From contig JAFLJS010000069.1 in the NCBI GenBank assembly GCA_022712895.1, positions 35,034-99,033 of the forward strand: a stretch of DNA of 64,000 nt. The letters run 5' to 3'. Every line of letters begins with the position of its first letter. Within the stretch, counting starts at the first letter, position 1. This document shows positions 26,644 through 37,392 of the stretch, one piece after another. The stretch is from Desulfocapsa sp. (lineage in GTDB: Bacteria > Desulfobacterota > Desulfobulbia > Desulfobulbales > Desulfocapsaceae). The translations under genes were made by a program, and so were the position numbers. A model generated the notes under the pieces. That model was not told where the DNA came from. It was given only the letters and a program-made list of their open reading frames with translations, and ran no database searches.

Positions 26644-29600
26644 AGTACCTCTCCCACATTTTTTAACGCTCGTGGTTCCACTTCTTCACGGCTGGGCCAC
26701 TTTCCGCTGATACCCTTTACCGCTAATCGTCTTAAATCGTTTACAATAACCAGCAGACTTGGAATCAGAATCAGGGTCAAACCGGTGGCAAAAGCAACAC
26801 CGCCAGCCACAGACAAAGCCATGGGGATTAAAAATTTGGCCTGCATGTCTGTTTCCATAATAAGTGGAGCTAGGCCTCCAACGGTACTGATGGAGGTCAG
26901 AAAAATCGCCCGAAATCGCCTGGCACCACCCTGCACAATGGCATCAAATAATGTCATGCCTTCTGTCAGATTTTCATTCACTCGCTCAATAAGCACAATG
27001 GCATCGTTGATGACCACTCCCGAGAGAGCAACCATTCCGAAAATCGACATCATGGACAGATTATAACCAAGAAGTAAATGACCGATAATGGCTCCAATAA
27101 TGCCAAATGGAATGGTAAAGAGAATGATAAAAGGCTGAATATACGACCGAAAAACAGTGGCAATAATTACAAAAATACCAACCATGGCAATGGGGAACCC
27201 CACAGCCAGAGAAGAAAAAGATTCTCTGGTGTTTTTCTTGGAGCCCTGCATGGAAAGATACACATCCGGGTACTCGTTATTCAGTTTCTTGAATGTGGTT
27301 TTGGCAAGTTGTGCAAAGATCTCACCTGAATTTGCCTGTTTATTATTCACCTCGGCCGTCACCTTAATGCGGCGTAAACCGTCGGTTCTGGTGATAGTGG
27401 AGAAACCAGGTGCAAAAGTGATATTTGCCACAGAAAGCAGTGGCACTTCACGACCATCAGCGGTGCGAATATGCACCTTCTCAAAATCAGAGATACGACT
27501 ACGTTCATCCGCCGTGTACCTGACTTTTACCCGTATATCATCTTTACCACGTTGGAGCCTGAAAGCCTCTCTACCGTAGAAACCAGCATTGATCTGACTG
27601 GCAAGATCCTGCACAGTGAGTCCAAGCGTTGTGGCTTCAGGTTTCAAACTCAACTGCAGTTCATTTTTCCCCTGGCTGTAATCGGAACGAATCTGATAGA
27701 CGCCCTTATATTCCTTCAAGGCATCCTGCAATTCAGCAGCTGCGCCTTGCAGGTCATCCATATCAAGACCTTGCAGCCACACTTCAATTTCAGCTCCAGA
27801 TGGCCCTGCCTGCATGCCTTCAAAAGTAAGACTTTTCACACCGGGAATCCCACCCACTGCCTTCTCCCAGGCGATCAGTAAATCGTTTGAATGGATTCCA
27901 CGTTCTTCAGAGGGCAGCAGGATAATCTGGATGGATCCCATATGCGGTCCTGTTGCCCCCATATCTCCCGACAAAACCTGTCCTACTAACCTCAGACGTT
28001 GTCGTACAAGGGGAGCACCACTTATAGTTGTTGTTTCGGCAGCAACCTTGTCAAAGGCATTTTCAATCTGTCCTAAGGCCTCACTGGTGATATCGGGTGG
28101 TGTTCCTTCCGGAAACTCAACGGTGGAAGTAATTACAAATCCATCCAACTTAGGGAAAACATGAAATTTTACAAGTCCACCCTTTACCAGTCCCACACTG
28201 AGCATCAGCACAGCAATTGCCACAGCTAAAGAGACATAGCGCCAGTTCAGCACGGCCCCGATAAACGGCACATAACGTTTTTCAATAAAGGTCTCAAGCC
28301 CTGTACTGACAGCACTGCGGCCACGCTCAATAAGTGCAAAAATTCCCCATCGTTTTTTAGGTTTATTCAGATCCGGCAGATGACTTAAATGGGCTGGCAA
28401 CAGGAGCAGCGATTCAACCAGTGAAATCACCAGACAGGAAATAACCACCAGAGGCAGGATGGACACAAACTTCCCCATGGTTCCCCCGACATAAGAGAGT
28501 GGAATAAAAGCCACAATGGTTGTAGTTACAGCGGCCAGTACCGGCATGGCAACTTCTGAAACACCATTTACTGCTGCCTGTAGAGGAGGTTCTCCCCGTT
28601 TTCGATGCACATAGATTGCTTCCCCCACAACAATGGCATCATCCACCACAATTCCAAGAACCATGATCAGGCCAAAAAGTGAAATCATATTAATGGTGGC
28701 ACCGATGGACCAGAGAATAAACATGGCACCGGCAATGGAAATGGGAATTCCCAGACCTGCCCAGAAAGAGAGTCGCAAATCGAGAAAGAGCCAGAGCATA
28801 AAGAAAACGAGACAGAGGCCGATAACACCATTTCGGGTCAGAAGGCCAATACGGGCCCGCAAAGAATCGGTGGTATCGTAAAAGACAGAAATATGGACAC
28901 CGGGAGGCAGTACTTTTTCTTTCTCTGCCACAAAGGCCTGCACCGCATTGGAGATTTTAATGGCATCCTCTTCCTCGGTTTTAGCGATCTGTACAAACAT
29001 GGCAGGCTGATCATCTATGGTTGCAAAAACAGGATCCTGCGTAAAACCATCATCGATTGTGGCCAGGCGACCAAGGGTGATTATTTCCCCGCCAGGGCGT
29101 GCCAAGACGACGATTTCCGCAAGTTCCGCGCCGGTATATTTCCGCCCCACTGTACGAATCCTGATCTCTTCACCGACGGTACGCAGAGTACCACCCGCCA
29201 GGTTAAAACTGGATTTACGAACGCTTGCCGCAACCTGCTCAAAGGTGAGGCCATAGCGGCGGAGTTTCTCTTCAGAAATCTCAATGCCAATCTCATAGGC
29301 ACGGGTGCCATACGCCTCCACCTGGGAAATGAGTGGAATCAGTTTCACCTCATCTTTTATACGCTCTCCCCACTGTTTCAGCTGTTTTTCACTTAAATCT
29401 CCGGACAGTGCAAGCAGCATAACCACCTGCTTTTTCACAATCTCTCTAATAACCGGTTTTTCAGCACCTGCCGGAAAAGTAGAGATGGCATTGACCTGGG
29501 ATTCCACATCGTTCAGCACATCTGCTGTATCATACCCATCTTTGACCTCAACAGTCACGGTGGCACGATTTTCATAGGATTTTGTCGTGTAGCGATCAAT

Positions 29601-29837
29601 GCCCTGCACAGATTCCAGAGCATCCTCAATCTTCTGATTGATCCCCTCTTCCACCTCTGCCGGGTCAGCCCCCGGATAGACAACAGAAATGGAGATCATA
29701 TCGATGGAAAACTCGGGAAAACTCTCACGAACCATTGATGTAGTGGCCAGGAAACCAGCCAGAAAGATCAGCAATAGAAGGATATTTGCAAAAACAGTAT
29801 TCCTGGCAAATGCTGCTAATAAATTATTCATGTCCAT
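26640..29837 (-). CDS. RND efflux permease (AcrB/AcrD/AcrF family)
   Basis: GIVVDDAIVVGE, GVVINDAIV, RFRAIFLTS.ST; 1065 aa. Confidence 0.93.
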   Translation of the reverse strand: MDMNNLLAAFARNTVFANILLLLIFLAGFLATTSMVRESFPEFSIDMISISVVYPGADPAEVEEGINQKIEDALESVQGIDRYTTKSYENRATVTVEVKDGYDTADVLNDVESQVNAISTFPAGAEKPVIREIVKKQVVMLLALSGDLSEKQLKQWGERIKDEVKLIPLISQVEAYGTRAYEIGIEISEEKLRRYGLTFEQVAASVRKSSFNLAGGTLRTVGEEIRIRTVGRKYTGAELAEIVVLARPGGEIITLGRLATIDDGFTQDPVFATIDDQPAMFVQIAKTEEEDAIKISNAVQAFVAEKEKVLPPGVHISVFYDTTDSLRARIGLLTRNGVIGLCLVFFMLWLFLDLRLSFWAGLGIPISIAGAMFILWSIGATINMISLFGLIMVLGIVVDDAIVVGEAIYVHRKRGEPPLQAAVNGVSEVAMPVLAAVTTTIVAFIPLSYVGGTMGKFVSILPLVVISCLVISLVESLLLLPAHLSHLPDLNKPKKRWGIFALIERGRSAVSTGLETFIEKRYVPFIGAVLNWRYVSLAVAIAVLMLSVGLVKGGLVKFHVFPKLDGFVITSTVEFPEGTPPDITSEALGQIENAFDKVAAETTTISGAPLVRQRLRLVGQVLSGDMGATGPHMGSIQIILLPSEERGIHSNDLLIAWEKAVGGIPGVKSLTFEGMQAGPSGAEIEVWLQGLDMDDLQGAAAELQDALKEYKGVYQIRSDYSQGKNELQLSLKPEATTLGLTVQDLASQINAGFYGREAFRLQRGKDDIRVKVRYTADERSRISDFEKVHIRTADGREVPLLSVANITFAPGFSTITRTDGLRRIKVTAEVNNKQANSGEIFAQLAKTTFKKLNNEYPDVYLSMQGSKKNTRESFSSLAVGFPIAMVGIFVIIATVFRSYIQPFIILFTIPFGIIGAIIGHLLLGYNLSMMSIFGMVALSGVVINDAIVLIERVNENLTEGMTLFDAIVQGGARRFRAIFLTSISTVGGLAPLIMETDMQAKFLIPMALSVAGGVAFATGLTLILIPSLLVIVNDLRRLAVKGISGKWPSREEVEPRALKNVGEVL

Positions 29838-31041
29838 CTCCTGTCACAACCTGTACCAGGCTACGCTCAAGGGGATCTACCAGGCGTGTTGTAACAACCA
29901 GATCACCCTCTGTGAGCCCTTTACTGATATAGGATTTATTATCCTGTACCCGGGCCACAGCAACGGGTACGGTAGCCAGTCGTCCTTGCCGTATGACATA
30001 AACTGTGTTTTTAAAACTGACTGCCCAGCGTGGAAGCTCTACGACCTGTGTCATACTGCCACCGGGAATCAGTGCCTTACAAAACATCCCGGAGACCAAA
30101 GGCATGGTTCTATTTTTCCCGGAAAACTGTTTGGCGTCAATGCGTAACACAACCTTTACCGTTCTGGTCTTGTCATCAAAAATACTGACCCGATCAAGGG
30201 TAGCAATGGCACTGTTGGTTGCATCTTCTGTCCAACTCACTGTGCATTGCACCTGTTTCAGCCCGGCAAACCATGCTTCTATCGCAGAACCATTCTCTGT
30301 AAATTGTAACCACTGGAATGCATCACCACTGTCCAGCGGGACTTCAAGCTCAAGCACCGAATCATCGGCAAGACCCAGCACAATTTTACCGGGTGCCACA
30401 TACTGGCCCTTTTCAATCTTTTTGCTGGTAATACGAGCGGTAAAAGGAGCAAAAACCCGACAACGTTCCAGGTTTATTTGGGCACGGGTCATAGCCTGCT
30501 TCACCTGGGCCAGTCTGTCGGCACTACTATTGGCAGCTTGTTCTGCCTTTTCTACACCTGCGCGTGTTCCGACATTACTCTTTTCAAAAAGAGTGCGCAC
30601 TCGTGCCAGTTCTTTCACGGTGAGTGTTTTGTCACGCTGTAAAATTTCAAGACGCGTTGTATTACTCTCATACTCACTGCGATAATCACGATCATCAATG
30701 GCAAAGAGGAGCTCACCGACAGCAATCACTTCACCTGTTTGCAGACGGGGATGGACTTCAACAACGCTGCCGGCCACTTCTGCAGCAATCTCCACCATAC
30801 GAATGGAGCGTAACTGACCATGTGCCTCAAGTAACACCGGAACATCAACAAAATGTACGGATTGCGCTTCAACTTTCAGCGCTCTTTCTGTCTGGACGGC
30901 CAGGGAAGGCGGCTTTTTTCTGCCTTTCAGCACTTTAAATCCAACAAGTCCCAATGCCAGAATCACTGTACAGGCTATCATCCGAATAAGTACTGTCGCT
31001 TTATCTACCTTAGGCTCTTGATTATTCATCATCCTTCTCAC
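29824..31041 (-). CDS. RND periplasmic adaptor (membrane fusion protein)
   Basis: N-terminal TM; AEVAGSV, APFTARI, GQYVAPG, GDLVV. Confidence 0.9.
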   Translation of the reverse strand: MRRMMNNQEPKVDKATVLIRMIACTVILALGLVGFKVLKGRKKPPSLAVQTERALKVEAQSVHFVDVPVLLEAHGQLRSIRMVEIAAEVAGSVVEVHPRLQTGEVIAVGELLFAIDDRDYRSEYESNTTRLEILQRDKTLTVKELARVRTLFEKSNVGTRAGVEKAEQAANSSADRLAQVKQAMTRAQINLERCRVFAPFTARITSKKIEKGQYVAPGKIVLGLADDSVLELEVPLDSGDAFQWLQFTENGSAIEAWFAGLKQVQCTVSWTEDATNSAIATLDRVSIFDDKTRTVKVVLRIDAKQFSGKNRTMPLVSGMFCKALIPGGSMTQVVELPRWAVSFKNTVYVIRQGRLATVPVAVARVQDNKSYISKGLTEGDLVVTTRLVDPLERSLVQVVTGDGHE

Positions 31042-31498
31042 TCTTTGCTAACACCTGCTCCACACGTTCGAGCACTTCGCACCATTTCTCTGCCGTTTCA
31101 GGCCCTACCTTTTCCACAAGATCAAGAAAAACAGCCAGCACCGCTCTTTCCATCTGTTCTGCATGGACAGCAGCTTCTCCCGATAAACAAACCACCACTT
31201 TCCTTCGATCCTGCTCACTCCGCTCACGCAGGAGCACTCCTTTTTCAACCAGCCTGTCCACCATGTTCGAAGCAGAGGGCGGTGAAACTCTCAGCTTACC
31301 GGCCAGACGACTGATGGTCATTTCAGCACTATCCCGTACCGCCATCACCATCTGCACCTGTGCCATGGAGAGTTCCTCTCCTTTACATGCCCTGTTTCCA
31401 CCACGCATACCAGATTGCACGGAGAAGACATGATCCTTCAGCTTCCTTCCAGCTTGCGCTATGAAACGTGCCTGATCTTGTATTTTTGTACTGCTCAT
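31022..31498 (-). CDS. MarR-family transcriptional regulator
   Basis: LA..L.VS.PSAS.MVDRLVEKG.L.R..S..DRR.V.V.L. Confidence 0.9.
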   Translation of the reverse strand: MSSTKIQDQARFIAQAGRKLKDHVFSVQSGMRGGNRACKGEELSMAQVQMVMAVRDSAEMTISRLAGKLRVSPPSASNMVDRLVEKGVLLRERSEQDRRKVVVCLSGEAAVHAEQMERAVLAVFLDLVEKVGPETAEKWCEVLERVEQVLAKSEKDDE

Positions 31499-31521
31499 AA
31501 AATGCTCTTTTAAATTTGTAT

Positions 31522-31560
31522 ATTACTTAGCCTCGCTAATCAATAACTACGCTAATCAAT
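31522..31560. promoter_or_regulatory. Likely MarR operator region
   Basis: TTAGC-CTC-GCTAA inverted repeat plus direct repeat CGCTAATCAAT (31534-31544, 31550-31560) just upstream of marR. Confidence 0.4.
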
Positions 31561-31649
31561 TTTTGTCAAGAATTATAATGATAAGAAATGTAAAGATTCG
31601 CAGAAGTTGTAAGCTTTAGGCGATCACTGCTCGAGAAGATAACTAAGGA

Positions 31650-31900
31650 AAGAGACGAACGCATTCACCGTTGTTCAAATCTAAAGTGGGCTTGACAACG
31701 ATGGCTGGTGATAAGACGCTTGCAGAGTTAGCGTAACAAACCCGCCTGTTGATTTGAAAATATTACATGCCAAAATTGGTCAACTGACGCTTGAGAATGA
31801 TTTTTTAGAAGGGGCGCTCACCAAGGTGGATTGCTGAGCGCAAGCATGTCAGGACATTGATGAAACGTATGGGTGTTGAGGCACTTTACAAAAAACAGAC
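31650..31900 (+). mobile_element. Internally deleted IS3-family remnant
   Basis: KRRTHSPLFKSKVGL....GDKTLAELA and PPVDLKILHAKIGQLTLENDFLEGALTK (orfA), TTGCTGAGCGCAA junction, KHVRTLMKRMGVEALYKK (orfB fragment); no DDE domain. Confidence 0.8.
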
Positions 31901-32215
31901 ACAGGCAGAAAAATCACTCCACAGTAATCAGCTGAAAAGCTCCAACCTGCGGTATGCCGCTCACCGTTGTCTGACACGCCCCTTCCACAACAGCAAAGAT
32001 ATCCCCTTCATGGGCATATCCCCACTCCCGTGCAATTTCATCTTCAATAATGATGGGGATCACATTTGTATACAAACTTGAATGTCTAGCCACATGGAGG
32101 GATCTTGTGACCATAATATTGGGAACTTTACGGCTATACTTTGAGAGCTGCGGATATAACACTCCACGAGCATCAAGGAGCATGGTCAGGGGGAAAAGTG
32201 CTACAGGATAGTAGT

Positions 32216-33346
32216 TTACACCAGTTCAGCCATGACCAGATTGGCAAAGGTTCTTCCCTTTGCTGTCAGGTAAACACTTTTTTTCCCACGCTCCAAAAGA
32301 TTACGACTACACAGATCTTGTACAATCCCTCCGTAGACCTGTTCGAAATCCAGTCCATATCGTGCTTGTAAGTCGTCTGTGCATACGCCTTTGTTCATGC
32401 GAAGCCCCATAATAACGGTTTCCCGAAAAGATGCCTCATGTTGCAGACACTCTTCTTCAGCATGAACAGGTTGGCCCGCTTCCAGTAATGCGCAATAGTG
32501 AGATGGGTCTGCAATATTTTTGACTCTTTTTCCATGAAGATAAGAAACGGCACCTGCACCTAAAGCGTGGTAGTCACGGTTATTCCAATAATTTACATTG
32601 TGTCGGCACTGGTAGTTTTTTTCTGCGTAATTTGAAATTTCATATTGCATAAACTGCCTCTTTTCAAGCAAAGAGGCAGTGATTGCATCCATATCTGCAA
32701 CAGCATCTTCATCGGGAAGATGCACCCTACCATCCTGGATCATACCCTCCAGTGGAGTCGCTTCTTCAATCGTTAACTGATAGAGAGAAAGATGCTGTAC
32801 AGAGAGGGAAAGGGCGGCAGTCAGGTTCTGCTGCCAACTTTTTGCTGTCTGCCCAGGCAAACCATACATAAGATCGACACTCAGATTGTTGAATCCCACA
32901 GCCTGTGCATTCGCTACTGCTGTTCTTGCCTCTTCTGCCGAATGGATGCGGCCAATTATGCGAAGTTCCTTATCGTTAAAGGATTGTACACCGATGGAGA
33001 GCCGATTAACTCCGCACTGTCGCAACGTATCAAGCTTCTCCGTATCAATGGTTCCGGGATTTGCTTCAATTGATATTTCTGCGTCTTTTGCAATTTCAAA
33101 CTCAGCGGAAATACCCCCAAACAAACGTTTCAACTGTTCATTGGAGAGCAAACTTGGGGTGCCCCCACCCAAAAAAACCGTCTCTAAGGGTGTTTCTTGG
33201 CCCCCTGAAGCCACTTGAGTGCATTCCACAGCAAGAGCATCCACATATCTCTCCTGCAAACGCTCAAGGCCGGCATAGGAGTTAAATGAACAGTAATTGC
33301 ATTTTGCCACGCAGAATGGAATATGAATATAGAGGGAGGAACTCAT
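32216..33346 (-). CDS. hemW: Radical SAM heme chaperone HemW (HemN-like)
   Basis: LYIHIPFC..KC.YCSFNS (HemW-type), GGGTPS, EANPG, RLSIGVQSF, YEISNY. Confidence 0.9.
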   Translation of the reverse strand: MSSSLYIHIPFCVAKCNYCSFNSYAGLERLQERYVDALAVECTQVASGGQETPLETVFLGGGTPSLLSNEQLKRLFGGISAEFEIAKDAEISIEANPGTIDTEKLDTLRQCGVNRLSIGVQSFNDKELRIIGRIHSAEEARTAVANAQAVGFNNLSVDLMYGLPGQTAKSWQQNLTAALSLSVQHLSLYQLTIEEATPLEGMIQDGRVHLPDEDAVADMDAITASLLEKRQFMQYEISNYAEKNYQCRHNVNYWNNRDYHALGAGAVSYLHGKRVKNIADPSHYCALLEAGQPVHAEEECLQHEASFRETVIMGLRMNKGVCTDDLQARYGLDFEQVYGGIVQDLCSRNLLERGKKSVYLTAKGRTFANLVMAELV

Positions 33347-34083
33347 CAGGATGTGTGCAGCGATTCCATGGTTTCACGACACTGTTCCCTGATCTCTGCC
33401 ATTAAGCCGTAATCGGCAAAGGAGTATGTGCCATTGCCAATAATTATATGATCAAGGAGCTGAATCTGCATCATACTTCCCAACAGGGAGATGGTCCGCG
33501 TCAGTTGCATATCCTGTGCAGAAGGCTCAAGGGAACCGGAAGGGTGATTGTGGGCAATAATCATGGCTGCAGCATTCTTATCCAGGGCCTGTTTGACAAG
33601 TTCCCGTGGATAGACAGTATTGACGTTGATTGTGCCTTCGGCCACAGTTTCAGAGCCCAAGATGGCATGGGAGGAGTCAAGATAGATAACGGTGAAGACT
33701 TCTTTCTTCAAACCGCGCATGGTGTGGCTTAAATAATCACGAACTTCGGAAGAGCCGTGCAGGTAACGCTTTCCCTGGAGACGATCTTTCAGGTAACGCC
33801 TGGCCACCGCCTGGATAAAATGGACAGCAAAACCATTTTTGGGACCAATGCCTTTTATCTGCTGCAAGCCGGGCATTGGCTCTTCAAGTACCGCAGCTAA
33901 TGTCCCGAACTGTTTTAAGGCTGCTCTGGCAGGTTCTTTACAATCACTCCTTGGGGTACCAAAAGAGAGCAGTAATTCGAGGGTTTCTGCGTCGGTAAAG
34001 CCATCAAGTCCACGAGCCAGAAACTTATCTCTCAACCTCTGCCTATGACCACTGCCTTTTTTTTGCCACTCTTCCTTGTTCAT
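33346..34083 (-). CDS. radC: RadC / JAB-domain protein
   Basis: GHRQRLR, ELLELLL, VYPREL, AHNHPSG..EPS..D, LLDHIIIG. Confidence 0.92.
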   Translation of the reverse strand: MNKEEWQKKGSGHRQRLRDKFLARGLDGFTDAETLELLLSFGTPRSDCKEPARAALKQFGTLAAVLEEPMPGLQQIKGIGPKNGFAVHFIQAVARRYLKDRLQGKRYLHGSSEVRDYLSHTMRGLKKEVFTVIYLDSSHAILGSETVAEGTINVNTVYPRELVKQALDKNAAAMIIAHNHPSGSLEPSAQDMQLTRTISLLGSMMQIQLLDHIIIGNGTYSFADYGLMAEIREQCRETMESLHTS

Positions 34084-34197
34084 GTAAAATTGTTATCTGT
34101 TCAAATGAAGATCAGCTCAAATGCTGTTCCACTGGTAAAGGACTCACGTATTCCATCCAAGATATTTGCTTTTTTATATTTTCCAATATATGCAGAA

Positions 34198-35628
34198 TCA
34201 GCCATTCAATTCTTTAGCAAAGAGTTCATTAGCAATCTTGGGATTAGCCTTCCCCTTGGTTTTCTGCATTAACTGGCCGACAAAATAGCCCATGAGTTTT
34301 GTCTTACCACCTCTGAAATCTTCAGCCTGTTTCGGATTCGCGTCAATAATTTCCTGTACCATGACAAGTAGTTCGCCCTGATCAGAAACCTGAACAAGGT
34401 TTTTCTCTTTGACCACCACCTCAGGATCTTTGCCAGACCCCATCATTTCCAGAAACACTATTTTAGCTATTTTGCCCGAGATCGTTCCATCATCAACCAT
34501 TTTCAAAAGGGCACCAAGTTGCGCTGCCTGTACTTTGCAACTGCTGATCTCCTCTCCCTTCAGTTCCCGCAGGAACTCGGTCATTAACCAGTTGGAAACC
34601 TTTTTCGCCCCGGCACCACACTTCACTGCCTCTTCAAAATAATCAGCTAATTCTCTTGAGCTTGTGAGAATAACGGCATCATACGCTGGTAATTCATACT
34701 CGTTGATAAATCGATCTTTTCTTGCATCAGGAAGTTCCGGCAGCGTTTTTCTTATTTCCTCAATCCACTCATCGTCAATAACCACCGGGATCAGATCCGG
34801 GCATGGAAAATAACGATAGTCGTGGGCGTCTTCTTTGCTACGCATGGATACCGTACGATTCCGATCAGGATCCCAGAGCAGAGTTGCCTGTACAACGTCC
34901 TCTCCATCCAGCAACAGATCACGCTGACGTCGAACTTCATATTCCAGAGCAGCCTGAACGTTCTTGAAAGAGTTCATGTTTTTGAGCTCGGTACGTGTTC
35001 CCAACTCTTCCTGCCCCACTGGACGCAGTGAAATATTAGCATCGCAGCGGAAACTGCCTTCCTGCATATTGCCATCACAAATATCAAGATAGCGCAGTAT
35101 TGCATGCAACTTCCGTAGATAGGCATATGCTTCCTCGGGAGAGCGCATATCCGGTTCAGAAACAATCTCCAGAAGTGGAGTTCCGGTACGATTGAGGTCA
35201 ACATACGAGACAGGCTCACTGTCATCATGGATAAGCTTTCCCGCATCCTCTTCCATGTGCATACGGGTGATTCCTATGACCTTTGTCTTGCCATTAACTT
35301 CAATCTCAACTTTTCCAAACTCAACAATTGGAAGGTCAAACTGTGAGGTCTGGTATCCTTTTGGTGAATCGGGATAAAAATAATTTTTACGGGCAAACTG
35401 ATTGTACTTATTGATTGTGGAATCTGTTGCCAGTCCCATCTTGATAGAATATTCAACTACCTTTTTGTTAAGAACAGGCAAAACTCCTGGCATACCAAGA
35501 CAGACCGGACATGTGTGACTGTTTGCAGGTGCGCCAAATGCAGTAGAACATCCGCAGAATATCTTTGATTTTGTTTTCAGCTGGGCATGGATTTCCAGTC
35601 CGATTACTGTTTCAAACTCCATAATCAT
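34198..35628 (-). CDS. gatB: Asp/Glu-tRNA amidotransferase subunit B
   Basis: [57 protein letters not shown]. Confidence 0.97.
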   Translation of the reverse strand: MIMEFETVIGLEIHAQLKTKSKIFCGCSTAFGAPANSHTCPVCLGMPGVLPVLNKKVVEYSIKMGLATDSTINKYNQFARKNYFYPDSPKGYQTSQFDLPIVEFGKVEIEVNGKTKVIGITRMHMEEDAGKLIHDDSEPVSYVDLNRTGTPLLEIVSEPDMRSPEEAYAYLRKLHAILRYLDICDGNMQEGSFRCDANISLRPVGQEELGTRTELKNMNSFKNVQAALEYEVRRQRDLLLDGEDVVQATLLWDPDRNRTVSMRSKEDAHDYRYFPCPDLIPVVIDDEWIEEIRKTLPELPDARKDRFINEYELPAYDAVILTSSRELADYFEEAVKCGAGAKKVSNWLMTEFLRELKGEEISSCKVQAAQLGALLKMVDDGTISGKIAKIVFLEMMGSGKDPEVVVKEKNLVQVSDQGELLVMVQEIIDANPKQAEDFRGGKTKLMGYFVGQLMQKTKGKANPKIANELFAKELNG

Positions 35629-35657
35629 TTCTACTCATTATATTTTTCAAAATTGGC

Positions 35658-36197
35658 TTATGCCTTTGCTGCTAACGCAACCCACTCTCGCATCTTCAAC
35701 AGTTCTTCACGCCACTGCTCACTTACTCGCTGTTTCAAAAAGACTCTGTATAATGCCAGAACAATACGGATCAGTTCCTCAAAAAGATGGATACGCTCTA
35801 GAACCATACCCTCCTTTTCTTCTGGGTCATTCGCATTATCAGGACCGGCAGTCTTAGGAAGTTTAACGTTACGAAACTCCATAAGCGCTGCTGCCAATGT
35901 GAAGTTCCATTCATAATCATTATACACAAGCTGAATACGTGCCTGTTCAAGCTTTTTCCCCATGACGAGACCGGTACGGGCTTCCTGTAATTCAGTCTGC
36001 AGGCCCCGACAGATCAGCTTTTCATTGCTATCCCCTTCGCCGAACTCAAGCAACATGTGTTTCTCAAAGACAACAACAATATCCCCTTCTTCTGGCAATG
36101 CCACAACTCCACCACGCTCTTCACTCTTCCACCAGAGCCAGGTGAGAAACTCCTGCCCTAAAAATCGCTTTTCCGCTATAAGATCTACTAAATCCAT
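35658..36197 (-). CDS. RdgC-like protein, C-terminal-half homologue
   Basis: FLGQEFLTWLWW, EAR.GL..GKKL; tandem with 36220-36825. Confidence 0.6.
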   Translation of the reverse strand: MDLVDLIAEKRFLGQEFLTWLWWKSEERGGVVALPEEGDIVVVFEKHMLLEFGEGDSNEKLICRGLQTELQEARTGLVMGKKLEQARIQLVYNDYEWNFTLAAALMEFRNVKLPKTAGPDNANDPEEKEGMVLERIHLFEELIRIVLALYRVFLKQRVSEQWREELLKMREWVALAAKA

Positions 36198-36219
36198 TCC
36201 ATATACTCCTTTCTAACCA

Positions 36220-36825
36220 CTACACAAAAAAATCTGGGGTGATTGCTGCAAGTTTATCCATTTCTTCCTCATCCAGCAAATGCTCGCCACACACATAAGG
36301 AATCTGCTGCATAATAGTAAGATCAAAAGTCTCTCTGAACAGATCTTCAAGCAGCCCTTGTGCCTTTTGATTTGTCGAGAAAAAAAGAAGTGTTGAATCT
36401 TCTAAATTCCAGCACAAATCAAATATCGATGGGACGGGTAAAGCTTTACGCATTAATTCATTTTCTATACGTTCCTTGATTTCCACCCGCATTGATCGTG
36501 GAATTTTGGGGATCTCTTTTTCCTTTTTGATTCGCTCTTCTTCTTTTGCTACAAACTTTTTAATTATGGCCCCGGATACTTTTCGCTCATCCTGGCGCAT
36601 GGACAGTGTTACATAATTTCCGGCTGCATAAGACGCATACTCAAAATCAGTATCGAACATATTCGTCACCGAAACCCACCCTATAGAGTTTTCTTCATAG
36701 GTGTCATCGATGTCTCTGAATGCGTTGGACGTTATCCGCTCTGCGATAAAATCCCATATATTTTCAGGTAGATCCCCTTCAACACTGAAGCGAACAAAAC
36801 CTGCCGTTCCTTTTATAAATCCCAT
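36220..36825 (-). CDS. Recombination-associated RdgC-like protein, N-terminal-half homologue
   Basis: F.DID...EE.S.GWV, R.DERKV, EIKE.I..EL..KALP, F.ETF.L. Confidence 0.65.
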   Translation of the reverse strand: MGFIKGTAGFVRFSVEGDLPENIWDFIAERITSNAFRDIDDTYEENSIGWVSVTNMFDTDFEYASYAAGNYVTLSMRQDERKVSGAIIKKFVAKEEERIKKEKEIPKIPRSMRVEIKERIENELMRKALPVPSIFDLCWNLEDSTLLFFSTNQKAQGLLEDLFRETFDLTIMQQIPYVCGEHLLDEEEMDKLAAITPDFFV

Positions 36826-36987
36826 TTACTAACTCCTGAAAGTTGACGATAATTTACAGAGAGTCATCATACCTTATTCCTAATATATGGGCACTTCAAT
36901 TCTACTTTCGCAAGCTGCCCTGATCTCTTTATAATGATACTTAACCGTATTATTTTGCCTGGAATAAACAAATCTTAGACTTTTTAG

Positions 36988-37016
36988 TTGACACATGTAT
37001 AATGAAATTGTATAAA
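36988..37016 (+). promoter_or_regulatory. Sigma70 promoter for the tRNA-Lys/Glu operon
   Basis: TTGACA (36988-36993), 17-bp spacer, TATAAA (37011-37016). Confidence 0.75.
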
Positions 37017-37028
37017 AGCTTGCTCCAT

Positions 37029-37104
37029 GGGGCGTTAACTCAGCTGGTAGAGTATCTGACTTTTAATCAGAGAGTCGCGCGTTCGAGCCGCGCACGCCCC
37101 ACCA
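37029..37104 (+). tRNA. tRNA-Lys(TTT)
   Basis: GGGGCGT/ACGCCCC acceptor stem, TCTGA-CT-TTT-AA-TCAGA anticodon arm, GTTCGA, encoded CCA. Confidence 0.97.
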
Positions 37105-37124
37105 CAAGATATATTTATGTGTTT

Positions 37125-37202
37125 GTCCCCATCGTCTAGTCAGGTCCAGGACACTGGGTTTTCATCCCAGCAACGCCGGTTCGAATCCGACTGGGGACGC
37201 CA
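37125..37202 (+). tRNA. tRNA-Glu(TTC)
   Basis: GTCCCCA/TGGGGAC acceptor stem, CTGGG-TT-TTC-AT-CCCAG, GGTTCGAATCC, CCA. Confidence 0.97.
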
Positions 37203-37208
37203 TACAAT

Positions 37209-37249
37209 AAAAACGGATAGTTAGAGACATTCTAGCTATCCGTTTTTTT
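37209..37249 (+). terminator. Rho-independent terminator after the tRNAs
   Basis: AAAAACGGATAG / CTATCCGTTTTTTT stem with U-tract. Confidence 0.85.
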
Positions 37250-37392
37250 GTGTCTAAAAAACTGTATCCTAACCATTCATCCAACCTATGCGATGTTTTC
37301 GTAATTCCCCAACAAAAAAAACACATCATTCCTTCTCTTCTTTTCCCACAAACTGCTCTTTTACAAAGATAAGGATAAATTTAACTACATTC

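Noticed and set aside
26386-30685. Long antisense ORFs over the RND operon (e.g. 26386-27066, 30005-30685) and similar shadow ORFs elsewhere (e.g. 9880-10554, 42465-43025)
   Set aside because: They lie opposite well-supported genes, have no motifs, and are explained by codon bias.
31914-32183. 89-aa ORF starting MLLDARG (TusA/SirA-like?)
   Set aside because: It lacks the CPxP motif, has no SD, and its 3' end runs into the IS remnant.
32216-33346. Oxygen-independent coproporphyrinogen III oxidase HemN
   Set aside because: The length (376 aa) and the HIPFC...YCxFN-type N-terminus fit the HemW chaperone subfamily better.
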